From Camelus dromedarius (Eukaryota): a stretch of 64,000 bases of DNA. This document shows, piece after piece, positions 1 to 13,233 of the stretch (positions are counted from its first letter, which is position 1; each line of letters opens with the position of its first letter). The DNA is taken from assembly GCF_036321535.1 (NCBI RefSeq), contig NC_087437.1, positions 21,888,001 to 21,952,000 of the forward strand. Reading direction: 5' to 3'. The translations under genes were made by a program, and so were the position numbers. The notes under the pieces were generated by a model. The model had not been told where the DNA came from and did not search any database. It saw nothing but the letters and a program-made list of their open reading frames with translations.

Positions 1-1054
1 ATTTGGCAACTGATGATCCACTGTCTTCTGTTGCTGTTGTCTTGAACTTTTTTTTTTTAACATTGTGAACATTTATACTATGTAAGTTTTTTGAGGGTAT
101 GGTTGGATCATACACTTCTTTACCTTCTTACTATAATAGTCCCTTGCAAAAAGATAGGTACTAAAAAGTACTTATATCTGTTATACTATTTTTTTTAATA
201 TATTAGTGTGTCTGGCTAGATCAGGACTAGACTGGGGCCAACGCTGAACTATGTTGGGTTCAAGCCTGCAGATTTATGTTCCCTCAGAAAAATGTCGTAA
301 AGGAAGTGTGTTATCACCTCCCTTATTTTCCCTCTCACCCTGTATGTCATAGAGAAAATATATGTTTCCTTTCTCTCTTGCATAACACTTCCTCTGTGGG
401 CCACCGTTGTCATCATAGCGGTCTTGAGCCTCAGAAAGCTTGGTAGGCTGGGCAGGTCGATGCCACCGCAGGGCCGGGCTGCTGGCATCACTCTGAGATG
501 CCAGCAGCCTGTAAGTAAGTATCGAGACGTGCATTATCTGCTGCTCCTGACAGTTCTGGGGAAGAAGTGTCACCTTTTACTTTGCTGTTCCCTCTGAAGA
601 GTCAGCGTGAGGCTGCTGGCCTCCTGATTTTTCTGAACAATCTAAAGTCATAGTGAAGCTTTCTTGAAGTGGGTATTTTGTATTTCTGTGTATGTGTGTG
701 TGGTGGGGGTTTGGTTTGTTTTGGTTGTGGGAGAGGTTTGTAACAAGACGGAGGAAAGGAATGAGCTGATACTGGATAGAGAAAATCACGATCTATCACA
801 CAGTGGAATACCAGGCATTATTACCACTCCAAAGAAAGAAAGAGACCTTTTTGTGCTGTTGACAGAAAGATGTCTGCATACACATCATGTGGGGGAAAAG
901 CTGCAGTAGGCTGTGTGTAGCATGATCCCATCTATGTGCGTAGGTGCATGCTTTCTATGGAGAGAACTTTCCCAAAGGAACTTTTCATTGTGCCTCTGGA
1001 GAAAGGGAAAAGGCTTCACCTTTTATAGCCTTCTCTACTTCTTTAAACTTTTAA

Positions 1055-1496
1055 TTTAATTTTATTTTTAATATATTTTTTATTGAAGTATAGTCAGTTT
1101 ACAATGTTGTGTCAATTTCTGGTGTACAGCACAATACTTCAGTCATATAGGAACATACATACATTTGTTTTCACATTCTCTTTCACCATAAGTTACTATA
1201 AGCTATTGGATATAGTTCCATGTGCTATTCAGTATAAACTTGTTGTTTATCTATTTTATATATAGTAGTTAGTATCCACAAATCTCGAACTCCCAGTTTA
1301 TCCCTTTCCACCCGCTTCCCCGGCTGGTAACCACAAGTTTGCTTTCTATGTCTTTGAGTCTGTTTCTGTTCTGTAAATAAGTTCGTCTTTTTTTTTTTTA
1401 GATTCCACATATGAGTGATATCATATGGTATTTTTCTTTCTCTTTCTGGCTTACTTCATTTAGAATGACATTCTCCAGGTCCATCCATGTTGTTGC
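1055..1496 (-). mobile_element. 5'-truncated L1 3' end, lineage-specific family
   Basis: T-rich tail at left, L1 3' UTR/ORF2-end motifs (agattccacatatgagtgatatcatatggtattt; ccaggtccatccatgttg), imperfect TSD t(a/g)aactttt. Confidence 0.85.
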
Positions 1497-2090
1497 TGAA
1501 CTTTTTAACATTACTTTTATAAGTTAAAGAACCTGTTTTTAAAAAAATCATGTGCCTCTGTCTCTGGAGTAACTTTCCTTTTTTCAAAATTTCTCTTAAT
1601 AATAAACTCATTCTCATTGCTGGATTTAATAATCCTATGTCTACAAATGAGCCCTGAATCTTTCATTCTAGCCCATATATACATACCTCTGTCTTCTGAA
1701 CTCCAGCTCTGAACTTCCTGTTCTTTGATGGATAGTTTCCTCTAAACTTAGTATCAGCACCTTAAGTGCAATAATTGAAAACTTCTTTCTGCTGAGCTGC
1801 TCTTTTTGTGTCTGTTCCCTAGTGATCTGACTTCAAATGCTTCTTGGACTCATTCATCCTTTCCACTACCTTGTCTTCTTCCACAAGTGACAGGAACTGG
1901 GATTGGAGCCCAATTCTCTCTGACTCCAGAGGCCCTCCTTCGAAACCAGAAGTGGGCAGTATATTAGCCCTGACTTTATTTGCCTAGACTAGACACAGCA
2001 TGGAAAGACCCAGCAAGGCTGGGCTCTCTTGTCCCCTTCTCTGTTGCTGAACTCCCCTAGAAGAAGGACTGACGTCTTCCTCCCACTCAC

Positions 2091-2258
2091 CTCTTCTGAG
2101 GAGAGGGCACTGCTTGCAGACCACGACGACCTTGGCACTCATGTTCTTGCCGGCCTGCTGAATCGCCAGGTTCCCCTCTTTATAGATGTTGATGATGGAG
2201 ACCGTGGCGTGCAGACTCCCACCTCGAGGGATGGTTGTGATAACAGTGCCAGCCAAGA
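2091..2258 (-). CDS. PCOLCE2: PCOLCE2 exon 8: NTR domain, (V)LAGTVITTIPRGGSLHATVSIINIYKEGNLAIQQAGKNMSAKVVVVCKQCPLLRR(G); the terminal exon is outside the window
   Basis: Acceptor tttcctctgcag|T, donor AGAG|GTGAGT, 168 nt; inside ORF 1984..2256; contains an N-M-S sequon. Confidence 0.96.
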
Positions 2259-4440
2259 CTGCAGAGGAAAATGTTTTTGAAATAATGTGACCATGAAGAC
2301 AAATATAAGCAGAACTGAAAACAATTCTACACTCCTCTAAGTTTCAGACGGGAGAGTTTAATGTTAGCGAGAGGGCCCCAAGAGAGCTGTCGAATTTGAT
2401 TCTGTACATTTGTCTCCAAAATGCAGGTTGAAAATATGGGCCACGGAGCTGGAAGGCACCCATCTGTTAGGCATTGATACCGAGGGGAGAAACCAAAATA
2501 CCTGCCGTATTGCAATCCATTGCTGAGATGGGGACTCGTCCCAATATTTCACCCAACATGTGGATCAGTTACCAAATAACTGGGCTCATGAGCCTCTACC
2601 TGGGACTACTCCACAAGACCGTGAATCTTTGGAGGCAATACAGTACTAACAGGTGCACGATGGTGGACTGAGCCACGAAGACCTGAGTCCCTGTGTCTCT
2701 GTCTGTGTAGGTGAACGCCTGCCGTTCTGTGACTCACCCTGTTCCCCTCTCCTTCAGCTATGGTTCGTCTATGGGGTCCCTGTCTCTAATTAATCAGTAA
2801 ATATCTGTCTTTTTCTGGGTCTTTCTTATTGTCTTTGTTATCCATCCTGTTTATCTCCTTTAACAAGTCAGAGTATGGCACAGAGGTATAACCGAAAACA
2901 TTTTCTTGCTTTAAAAAAAAATCTCAGGCAAAATTCTGCTGCTTTTCATTATGTAACTCTCTCTTTTTGCCATGTGACAGAGATTAAGAGTCTCACTACT
3001 GAGCTACAGAAAGACAGATGCTGTGTTTCTCAAAGATGTGCTTTTGGCATTTGGGGGGGGGCATTCCATGTGATGCAGGACTTGCATGGACTGGCTTTTT
3101 TATGAACCCTGTCCCTATCCAGAAAAACCAGTGGCACCTCAAAATAACCAAAACCTGCCCCAAAAGGCGTGTTACCAATGCTGGTTGAGAACCAGTGGGC
3201 CACTGGTGATGGTATTAGGTCATTTTGCCATGTAAGGGAGTCACAGTGTAATAGACCAAGTTTTGCACGTGGCTGATACGACCCTTTCAGGATAAAGTGA
3301 GAACTCACTGCTTCCGTAGTGTGCAAAGCTCATAACATCACAATTCTAATCATGCTTTGCTTTGCTTCCCAGTGATGAGTGTTCACTGCAAAATGTCAGT
3401 CCATACCCAAGTGAAATCAAGTGGCTCTGAAGGACAGGGAGGGAGACTTCTTTCAGCACCGCCTACAGAAGACTACCCTGGATGTGGGAGCAATGGCACC
3501 TGGAGCTGCCGGTTTTCATGTCTATGCCAGTTACTTGAATTTCGGTGTGCAAACTCCCGTCAGATTTAGGCCCTAGATTCTCTAGTGCCATCACACCTTC
3601 GCTACAACTTAGTCCACCTGGGCTGCAGACAGTTCCCACCTGAAGGCATAGAAAGAGCAAGCAAAGCCTCTTCTGGGAAGCTCTTTGTTTTGGGTGACCT
3701 ACTTAGGCTGCAGCAACCTTCTGTTCCTGGTAAGACTTTTCTTAAATGTTCCTTTTAAACACAACCAACATAATTAAACTTGGGATCTTTTGCTCTTAAG
3801 TGATTTTCACAGCAAGTGTGGCTTTTTTTTTTTTTTTTTTTCAAATTGGAAAAAGCACTTAGAGATTCGAAGTCATTAGGTAACATCTCCTCAGGTTCCA
3901 ATTTATAAGAGGTTCCAAATGGACTTCAGATTTCCAAGTTTTAATTTAGTACTTTGGAAAGACACTACAGGGGAAATACTTGAATTTCTACTGAGAGAGG
4001 CCAGCCTAGATATGTTTCTAATTTACTTAAGCTGAATTACAGATGTGTGAAAAAATACTCAGTACATGAAAACTGTGTGAGAAAAAAAAATACAGGTTTA
4101 TGAAAGCCGTGTAAGAAAAAAAAAATACATGCCCCCCTCCCCCCTCCAGGAGTACTGAGCCAGCCAGAATACACAGAGCGGCAGTATCATGTACCAGGAG
4201 TCAAATGATGAAGTTTATGTGAAAAACGTGTATTTTCTGTATTCGTCTTTTTCTCAGTTGTGAAATCTAACACTTTGAAGGGCACAAGTCAACATACCTC
4301 AGCGTGTAGGAAAATATTTTCTTGGGCAAATGAAGAGTGTAACTGACCCTTTACCATCACATTCGTGGCCATTCCTTTGAGATTAAGCATGCAGTTTCAG
4401 GTTTCTGATGAAAGAGAAAAGCCTGGGTTTTATTTCTTAC

Positions 4441-4524
4441 CAAAGTTACTTGAACAGTAATTGCTCTCCAGAGTCCCCGACCGTCTACACTTTTGTTGAC
4501 ACAGGGCCACGGTGGGTTTTAAAC
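4441..4524 (-). CDS. PCOLCE2: PCOLCE2 exon 7: start of NTR domain, (S)LKPTVALCQQKCRRSGTLESNYCSSNF(V)
   Basis: Manual translation. Acceptor ttctttgaattaag|G, donor TTTG|GTAAGA, 84 nt, phase 1-1. Confidence 0.95.
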
Positions 4525-5129
4525 CTTAATTCAAAGAAGAAAGACATAAGATTCAGGAAAGTGAATTCAAGTTATAATCGGTGTTCAGAGCTGAATCTAT
4601 CAATTTAAAATTTCTCTGTATTTCCCTGAGCCACCAATCTGTCACTGCAGTGAGATAATTAAAAAGGATGCAAAAGAAATTCTTCATGCTACCAACTCCT
4701 GCTCTAATTTCTTTAGGCTAACTCAGTACCCTCTGCTGAATTTTAAACCTGAGATCAAAGATAACCCAAATTTAGCCCTATTCTTTTCTTTCTTTATATG
4801 TAACTAATAGCATAACCAAAAATAGGTACAGTCTCATATGCTCTGCTTAGAAAAACCCAGAACAAACACATATGAACACAGGAAATATAGGTTAATTCTT
4901 CACTTTACAAAAGGAATCCTATGGCGTCCCCCTAAGGGTATAAGGAGCTTTCTTGGTGCATTTGAAATATGCAATTGCTCAAATGTGAGCAGTCCGGGTT
5001 TTTAGGAAGTGGGTTATAGCTGTCATTAGATGCAACCATCACTCAATATTTACTTTCAGCCTGTCATTACCAGTAATGATCTTAAGAATGGAGAAGGAGA
5101 CAAATGTCGAAAGTACAACGAAACAAACA

Positions 5130-5315
5130 CAGTGGTTCTGACCAGAGGTGATTTTGCCCACTGTGCGACATTTGGCAATGTCTGGGAATATCTGCGGTTA
5201 TCACACCTAGGGTATGCTGCTGGCATCCAGCGGGTAGGTACCCGGGTACTGCTAAACACAGTGAGCACAGCGGCCTCCAACAGCACAGAGTTAATTACCT
5301 GACAGACTGTGGATT
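5130..5315 (+). mobile_element. MER20-like hAT-Charlie DNA transposon relic
   Basis: cagtggttct...ggtgattttgccc...gacatttggcaatgtctgg...tgctgctggcatccagcgggtag. Confidence 0.75.
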
Positions 5316-6399
5316 AATAAATGAAAATATTTAACCCTCATTATCATCATTAAAAATGTTTCCAAAATATGTGCCAATGATTCACTTATATGTGGCAATA
5401 TGCTCGGAAGAACTAAACAAAACAACTGTCACAGAATCGTACTCGTTGGTAAGCATTTGCAAGTGTAATACTGCCCTTCGAATATGTTCTGCTAACTCAA
5501 TTTGTAGGGATACTTAACTACAAGGGGGATCTGAAATGGATGATAATATTAAAATATATACAATTATTAATGTTAAATACACATAACAGCATATATATTT
5601 TTTTAAGAGAAAAAGCTCAGAGAGCAACTAGAGGGAATATTGTTCTAGGAGTTGGGGACCTAATTTTCTCTAATTCACTGAGTCACAAAGAAGTGGCATT
5701 AGTGGTTCTCCTGCCCGATGAAAGAGTATCTCTTTACATGGACCACTGGAAACCAGCTCCTTCTCAGCCTCAGCACATTAGTCTGGAGGTTGGGAGGGCG
5801 TCCCACAAGCTTCTTCTCTCCCTGTGGTACAATCCTGCACTCTTGCCTTCAAGCCATCAGCTATACCACCCCAAGCCTGCCCATCTTACTGTCCTCTCTC
5901 GACTGCCCTGTGCTCCTGGCGTGGTACTGGTCCTCAGCCTTCCTCTCCAGGGGCTCCTGGACCGTCTCGGTGGGTCCACCCTCCTTGTGATGATCCCTCT
6001 CCGTGCTGTGGCCTCATCCTTCCCAGAGGCTTTCCCCCTCTGCTCCATCCAGTCCCTCAGTCCCAGCCTCACACATCCTCCTGCTAAAGTCTCATCATCA
6101 GTCTCCCAATTGTAAGCATCCTGCTATCCAGTAGAGCCTCCACTCCTTCAAGCTTTTTTATTTACCAGTCTCAGACTCTCATGACTACTTTTTTTCTTTC
6201 TTTAGAGGTTCAGCAAATGACCCTTCTCATTTTTCCAACTCCATCAGTCCTGTCCTGTCTTTGCTTCCTCAGCTATTCCACATAGTCGCCACAGTCCGTT
6301 ATTTCAGTCAATTTCTTGACAATACCTTCAACTCCCTTTCGCCTCTGTCCTTCAACTGTGGATGAATCCTGTTGGAGCCTCTGGGTTTTTTTTTCTGTG

Positions 6400-7940
6400 T
6401 CTGCACTCAGACAGCTGAGTATACAAATGGACCCTCCTCCATGTGACAAGCTGTTTCCAATTTCCACAGCTGTTTTTCGGATTCCCCTGACCCCCCAGGG
6501 CTCCCACCTCCCTTCTCATTCTCAGCAGGTGAACTTGCCTATTTTCTAGAGAGACCAGAGATCACAGAAGAGGATGTCCTCAAAGCTCCCCCCAGACCTC
6601 CAAGGTGTCTTATCTGCACCCTCAGTTCCTTTCCTCCCCGGAGAGAGGAGCCTGCCCACTTCCGGGCTCAGGTCTGTCCTTCTGCGAGTCCTCTGGAGCC
6701 AGACACCCCCCCCCCCCCCACCTTGGTGGAAATTTCCTCCTCAGGTTATTCCTTCACTCTGCCATTCTGTTCTCCTTCTCTGCCGGCTGCTTCCCATCTG
6801 TTTTATCACATTCAAACACGTGGCCTCTCTCCCTCTGTCAGGACCGAACTAGTGGACTGAGTTATTGGACCCACTGTCTCGGTTTCTTCTTGCTCTACAC
6901 GCCCCTCGCCCCTGCCTGGCTTCTGCCTGCACGACTCCACTCACCACCCTGGCTAGGGTCTCCAGTCACCTCCATGTCATGAAATCAGATGGAGACATTC
7001 TGATCTTGCCCTTGTTTGAAGTCTCATCAACACCTGGCTCTCCTGACCACTCCCTTCTGAAAACATTCTCTTCCTCGGCCCCATGACACATGCTCCTGGT
7101 CTCCCCCTTCCTCCGTAGCGGCTCCCTTCCAGTCTCCTTTGCCAGCGGATTCTCCTCTTCAAAAAGTTGGAGTTTCTAGAGACTTAATTCCAGCCCTTCT
7201 CCTTTCACGGTAACCTCTCCCTAGGCTGTCTCATTCTGGATCATGGTATGAACCACGTATATGTTATGACTCTCAAATTTAAGTCTCTTGCTTAAATCTC
7301 TCTTCTGGTCTCAAGGCCCACAGATCTGTCTACAAAACAGCTCCATTTAACGGTCTCACAGACACCTTAAACCCAACAAGGTCACCAGCTTAACTTATGA
7401 ATCTACCCCTAAACCTATGAATCTACCCCAAAACCTAGTTCTCTGCTTCTATGAACGGTATCATCATCCCCAGAGTTGTGTGAGCCAGGGGCCCGGGAGG
7501 CATTCTCCCTGACCCCTCTAGTCTGGTTAACCGCCAAACCCTGTCAGTATCTCCCAAGGTCTCTGGTTTGCACAAGTCAGCATCTCCTGACTGTCTCTGC
7601 ATTTCTGTCTCGCACAGTTCCCCTGGACAAACACCAGGACCTGCTGATGCTCTTGACCCTACAGCCCATTCACCTCACGGTGGCCAGAGTGATCGTCACA
7701 AAATGTGAATCTAGTCTTTTCTTTTTTGAAGGGGGAGGTAATTAGGTTTATTCATTCATTCATTTATTTATTTAGAGGAGGTACTGGAGATTGAATCCAG
7801 GACCTAGTGCATGCTAAGCATGCACTCCACCACTGAGCTATAGACCGGCCCCCATAAAATGTGAATCTAATCCTGAACTCTGCTTAAATCCATCAACAGC
7901 TTACCCCACACTTAGGATAAAATCCCAAATACTTAGCACA
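6400..7940 (+). mobile_element. L2 relic (approximate), interrupted by a SINE
   Basis: Pyrimidine-rich strand with L2 motifs (tgaccactcccttctgaaaac; ccagagtgatc..aaaatgtgaatc). Confidence 0.55.
7714..7855 (-). mobile_element. tRNA-derived SINE, vic-1-like
   Basis: A box TAGCTCAGTGG and B box on the minus strand; perfect 14-bp TSD aaaatgtgaatcta at 7700-7713 and 7856-7869. Confidence 0.9.
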
Positions 7941-8014
7941 TAAGGAGTGAGGTGGTAGGGCTTAAAGATGAAGTTAGAAAGAGAGGCTAGGGACAAAGTG
8001 AGAAGGACTTGACT

Positions 8015-8142
8015 CCTGTGCTGTCTAATATGGTAGCCACTGGCCACATGAGGCTTTTTAAATTTAATTAAGAATTCAGATCCTTAGTATCACCAGTCAC
8101 ATTTCAAGTGTTTCAAGTGGCCACCATATTGGATGGCACAGG
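8015..8142. mobile_element. MER3/MER33-like hAT MITE
   Basis: 26-bp imperfect terminal inverted repeats cctgtgctgtctaatatggtagccac / gtggccaccatattggatggcacagg. Confidence 0.75.
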
Positions 8143-9398
8143 TGGAGACAAGGAATTTAAGTGGGAGAAGGACACGGTCTGCTCTGTGTGTGTGTGGGGA
8201 GGGGGGTGCTGTGGGAAGTTAAGACAAAGTCAGTCAAAGGGGATCCTAGCAGCGTGACTACGGATGCTGTGGGCCATGCTGGGGAAAACAGGTGAAGAAG
8301 CAGATTTGAGGCAGAAAATAGTGTGATAAAAACAAGTTGAGTTTGATATGTTTTCATTTAAATATCTAGCAGTTGCCAAACTCTAGGAGAGATCATTGCA
8401 AACTCATGTTTGCAACTTCAGAGAAAGTTTAGGGCTCAAGATAAAAGCTGGGGAACCACTAGATAAAAGCTGGAGAACAAAAGCTGGGGAGCCACATAAG
8501 TGCAGACGGACAACTCACTGGAAGGAATAAGGACACCAGGGACCACTGAAATGAGGGGCAGAAATACTGCTGTAACATGAGGCAGTACACATCCAGGCCA
8601 CAAGGTGGCACATTTGTGGAGTGCCCAGAAAAATCAGCCCTTCCAGAAGTGCCCGTACTCAGGACAGCCCTACCCTGGGTACTCGCAGAAAATCATGGGC
8701 AATAAAGCTGGGCTTATTTCAGCTTACTTCATAGCTTATCAGAGATCCTTCCTTCCTACATTTTCCCTCCCCCTTGGATTTAGAGTTTGAGAGCTAAAGC
8801 CTGAAATCCTGGTGGTTGGAGCTGACAGGGTGTTAGAGACAAGACACAGGGACCCAACTCCTGCCCCTCCATTTCTTAGGTCACACCCAGACCAGTGTCC
8901 CAACTGGCTTCTATAACATGTCAAATATTTTTGTTTAATTTACTCTAATTGGAAAAGATAATATATTTTGTATGCACACATTTTGGAGCACACCAAAAAA
9001 TAAAGTCCAAATACAGATGTGAAAATAGGGAGGTATCAAGGCCCTAAAACTTGAACCTAAAATACTACAATCCTATGTAATAAAAAGAAAAACACAATTT
9101 TATAAGTGCCAGAAAAGAAAAATTAGGCTTATAATGATCTGTGCCTACAACAGGGTTCCCAGAATTTTTACATGACCATAATTTTCTTAGATAACATTTA
9201 AAAATTATTAGCTTATAAGCATTCCTACACCTTATACTTTTCTTTCATTAATGGAACCATATTATTCTCTTATATAAGTTTTCATCTTATTTAACTTAGT
9301 TTCAAGTATTTTCCTCTTATTTAATTCTTTTTCTACTTCAGAAAAATTTTTCTTATACTCCTCAAGATTGTGTACAAACTTCAAAACAGAAAACTTAC

Positions 9399-9553
9399 TT
9401 GTAGTTGCAGGGAAGGTGGTGGTAACAGGGGGTATGGTAGTTGTCGGCAGTTTTTTTGGCCTGAATTTGTAGTGACCGATGAATCCATCTGCAGTTAAAC
9501 TTAAGTCTGATAAAAACTGAATGAGAAGTTCATTTCTCTCAGATACAATTGGC
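9399..9553 (-). CDS. PCOLCE2: PCOLCE2 exon 6: end of CUB2 plus Thr/Pro-rich linker, (A)PIVSERNELLIQFLSDLSLTADGFIGHYKFRPKKLPTTTIPPVTTTFPATT
   Basis: Manual translation (not in the ORF track). Acceptor ttttcttctag|G, donor ACAA|GTAAGT, 155 nt, phases consistent. Confidence 0.96.
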
Positions 9554-9739
9554 CTAGAAGAAAAAAAAAGTTAAAATATATACATATATATATATTTAAA
9601 TGTTAAATGGCATCTCTCTTGAAATGTTTCCTAACTTTCCATCAGTTTCTGACAATAGATTATTCTTTGTTTAAACTTAAAAGCTAAAAATACTTAAAAA
9701 GGTGATGGTCTTGATGCGCTGACTATTAATGCTAATAGC

Positions 9740-9960
9740 AGACATTTACTGAACGTTTGCTCACTCAGGCACTGTCCTTTATGCAGACCTGAATTCTGTC
9801 TTCACAACAGTCCTGCTGCTATCCCCTTTATGAAACAGGCAATAAAGATGGGAGAGCCCAAGTGATTTGCCCAAGGTCCTCCACTAGTATGTGGGGGAGT
9901 CAGGATTCCAACCCAGGACAAGGTGACTCTAGAGACTGGGAGACACTGGGACCACTGTAA
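9740..9960 (-). mobile_element. MIR relic; others at about 14060-14150, 31110-31260 and 61540-61690
   Basis: MIR core motifs aagtgatttgcccaaggtc and ggattccaacccagg. Confidence 0.65.
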
Positions 9961-12339
9961 ACACTAAAGCTGCGGCTGGGTTGGCACAAGCACCACAGGG
10001 TCTGGCCTGACTCGGGAGCCACACAGCTTCTTTGAACTAAGACTGAGTTCAAGCTGGCTGGGAGCTAAGGTCACTGGCCATGGAGAGTCAGGTGGAGAAA
10101 TCTGACGAACAAATTCCCCCACAAAGGGATCATCTCAGTGGGCTGGTCACCTGGGGAGGAGAAAGCCATGCACGGTTTAATGGGACTTTCATTTTAATGA
10201 GAGTTCTTCTGCGTGCCTGAAATGGAAACATTTCTGTTTATAATCTGGGTAGCAAAATGCCGTGGTCGTGAACAACATCATTAAGGATTCTAATTTTAAA
10301 GCCATTTTAGGAGCGTGCTGGTTAGTGGGTACTAAAGACTTAGTGGTGATAATCACCAAGGCTCTGAAGCTCTTTAAATCTTCGGGGATTACTGTGTTAT
10401 ACAAGACAGTGGCTTCACTTTATCTTTTGCTATTATTATTTAAACAATGGCTTAAAATGCTGTTTGGCTGATTCTATTTAATTCAGCTGTGGAAAAAAAT
10501 TAAAGTATTTAATTGAGTTAATTGGTGGTTTGATTAAACTCCTTTTCTCAGGCGTCTTCTCAGCCAAACCACTTCTTAGCCATCATGGACAGGAAATAAT
10601 GAGGCGCCTCTCTTTACCCCCACCTATCAGCTATCGTGAGTGGGGCAGGTGGGGAGGAAGGGAGAGCTGGACTTGACCCAACCAGTTAGAAAAACTGCAG
10701 GATATTTTCTGTCCTGGAGGTTACTGCCTTCCAAGCCAAGGGATGAGACAAGCCCAAGGGCAAGCTTTGCCACCTGCCTTTAGAGTTCCAGTCACAAAAG
10801 TGACCAAGGTCATTTAAATAATGCTCTTGAGAATCAAGCCTTTAGCAGAAATTTTTTATCTTGCTTTGGAAAACACATTTCATTAAAAACATACAGTGTA
10901 CATGAAACACAGTTCTCAGCTACAATTACAAACAAGATACGTTAATCCTGTTTAGATGATAAAATTACAAAAAGCACTTACTATATAAATAGCAAAGAAA
11001 ACCTTAAGATCCCACCAGGTCAGCATTCTAGGCACGATGCTCTAATTATAGTGACCATTCACTGCCTCTTCTATGAACTAATCTTGGAAGCACTATATTG
11101 GGAGCTGAATTTTCTCAAGAAGATTATTTTAGTAACAAAGACACATTTTTGTTATGCTGCTACTGAGCCTTCTTATGAATGTGACAGAATTGCAGTGTCA
11201 TAAATGTCCCACGGGCCAAGTGTTGCATCTGCAAATTCATGTTACAAATCCCTAGAAAGGCAAGAGGACATCGCACTTGGACCCACTCCCCACGGGCCAA
11301 TCCCAGGAGTGGATGGAGGATACTGTTTCATGTCGTACAGAATCCATGTCACTTGTCTCTGCTCTGTCATCCCACAATCTCCCCTTCTTCAATCACCGCA
11401 GCTAACCAACCACCATGTCCTGCCAATTTTGCCTCCTAAGTATCCCTTGACCCACCTCCTCCTCTTCATCTCTATCAACCCTCCCCCCCACCTTCTCAGC
11501 TTTACCGGGACCACTGCCATAGCCTCCTCATCAGCCACTTGCTCATCTTGTCTAGGACGGGGGCTCCAGAGGCACTGGTCCTCCCACTTCCCCTAACTGC
11601 ATGTAGAGGGCTCTCATGTCTGCAGGGCGTGGAACCCAGCTCAATCCTCAGCCTCCTCTCTGTCTCGGCCCCCACGCAAGGTGTGGGCTCCAGCATAGCA
11701 CATATCTCCCCTGTGCATCTTTACTAATGGAGCCCCCTCTGCTTGGAATGAGTCTGGCCACCGTTCTGTCTCTGACTCACTCCAACTCTGCCTTCAAGAT
11801 CTGGCTTCCAGAGGAACAATTTCCTCCCCAAAACCTCCCTTGAACTCCCCGCCACTTGCCCCAACTGGACCAAAAGATCCTTGTCAGAAATTCACCCAGG
11901 ACAATTCCTTTGCCAATCCACCTATAAATTATGTATAATAAGCAACTGCCTTGTTCCAGTCCCTCTCACTACTTACCTTTGCATCTTTTATTTATCTCTG
12001 AATTCCAGGTACCTAACACAGTGTCCACCACACGGCTGGACTGTAGTAAACATTTCTGACCTGAATCCAATGGTACGGATACTGCATTGAACCAGACACA
12101 GGGATAGTGATGTCCCACCAATCATAACACTACTCCAGTTAAAAGCAGTCACACTTTTAGCAGGGGAAAAGCTTCCCAGATGGTTTTCTCATCTTCTGCA
12201 CTGCCCCACCCCAGAAGTACTCTGACCATGCAAAAATATCCCTCTCGCAGAAGTGTCAGTTGGTGGGCTGGCAGTCCAGTGGCTCCAGGCAAACTTCTCA
12301 GAAGCCAGCGATGCTCAACGGCCCCTCCCCTGCCCCCAC

Positions 12340-12940
12340 CCACCTTTGTGGAGGCAACCACTACCCTGAGTTTTGTGCTTTTCTTTCTCTTCATTTATCT
12401 ATGGATTTACCAATACAGATGCATCATTAAACAATGTATTCTATACGTCTGCATGCTTTTAAACTGCATATAAATGGAAGGGTATGGTGTGTATTTTTCT
12501 GTTACTTTTTTCACCCTCAATTTATAACTGTTGAGATTCATCCACTGTGCTCACTGCTGCACAGTGCGAACTACAGCAGAATTTAACTGCCCTCCTGTTG
12601 ACAAACACTGGGCTGTTTCCTCTCCCCCCATTACAAACAATATTGATAAGAACAGTCTTGCATATGCCTTGTGACGCACATGGACAAAAGTGCCTTCGGT
12701 GGACACACCGGGAGGGTAGGGCTGACACTCTCCACAAGGTCAGGGGTATAAGCTCATTTTCAATTTCATTAGATGTTGCCAAACTGACTTCCCAAGTGAC
12801 CGTGCCAGTTTATACTCTCCTCAAAGATTTATTCACTGTACAGCTTTCATCTTTAGGGAATGCCTTTTCATGTCTTTTGCCCATTTTTTCTATTGAGTTG
12901 TTGTCTTTTCCTTATTAATTTTTAAAGATTTCTTAAAAGA
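12340..12940 (-). mobile_element. Ancient L1ME-like fragment
   Basis: Degenerate L1 3' UTR motifs (gagattcatcca; tttgcccattttttctattgagttg). Confidence 0.55.
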
Positions 12941-13233
12941 ATATTTTATTGTCTATACTGCTAAAAAATAACACTTGAAATTAGTTCAAGAAAATACTTG
13001 GATATAAAGAGGAGAGACATGGCAGAAAAAGCTACAGCAGGACAAAGCCGAGAGAGTGACTTTTTTAACTTGGGAGAACTTAAGTTTATATGAGGAAGGA
13101 ACAAAAAAGGGAGGCAGAGGGTGAAGACGGAGAAAATGAGGACGGTTACTGGTGGCAGGGAAGTTTTAAGGGATTAAAGGAGGAGGTCAGGAGGAAGATG
13201 GAGATGAAAAGACTGGCTCTGAATAAAGGAGGG

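Noticed and set aside
1..2090. Apparent absence of the last PCOLCE2 exon
   Set aside because: Exon 8 has a normal donor and the window ends within intron 8, so there is no evidence of gene truncation.
5540..6115. 191-aa plus-strand ORF, the longest in the track
   Set aside because: Low-complexity Leu/Ser/Pro sequence with no recognisable domain or exon structure.
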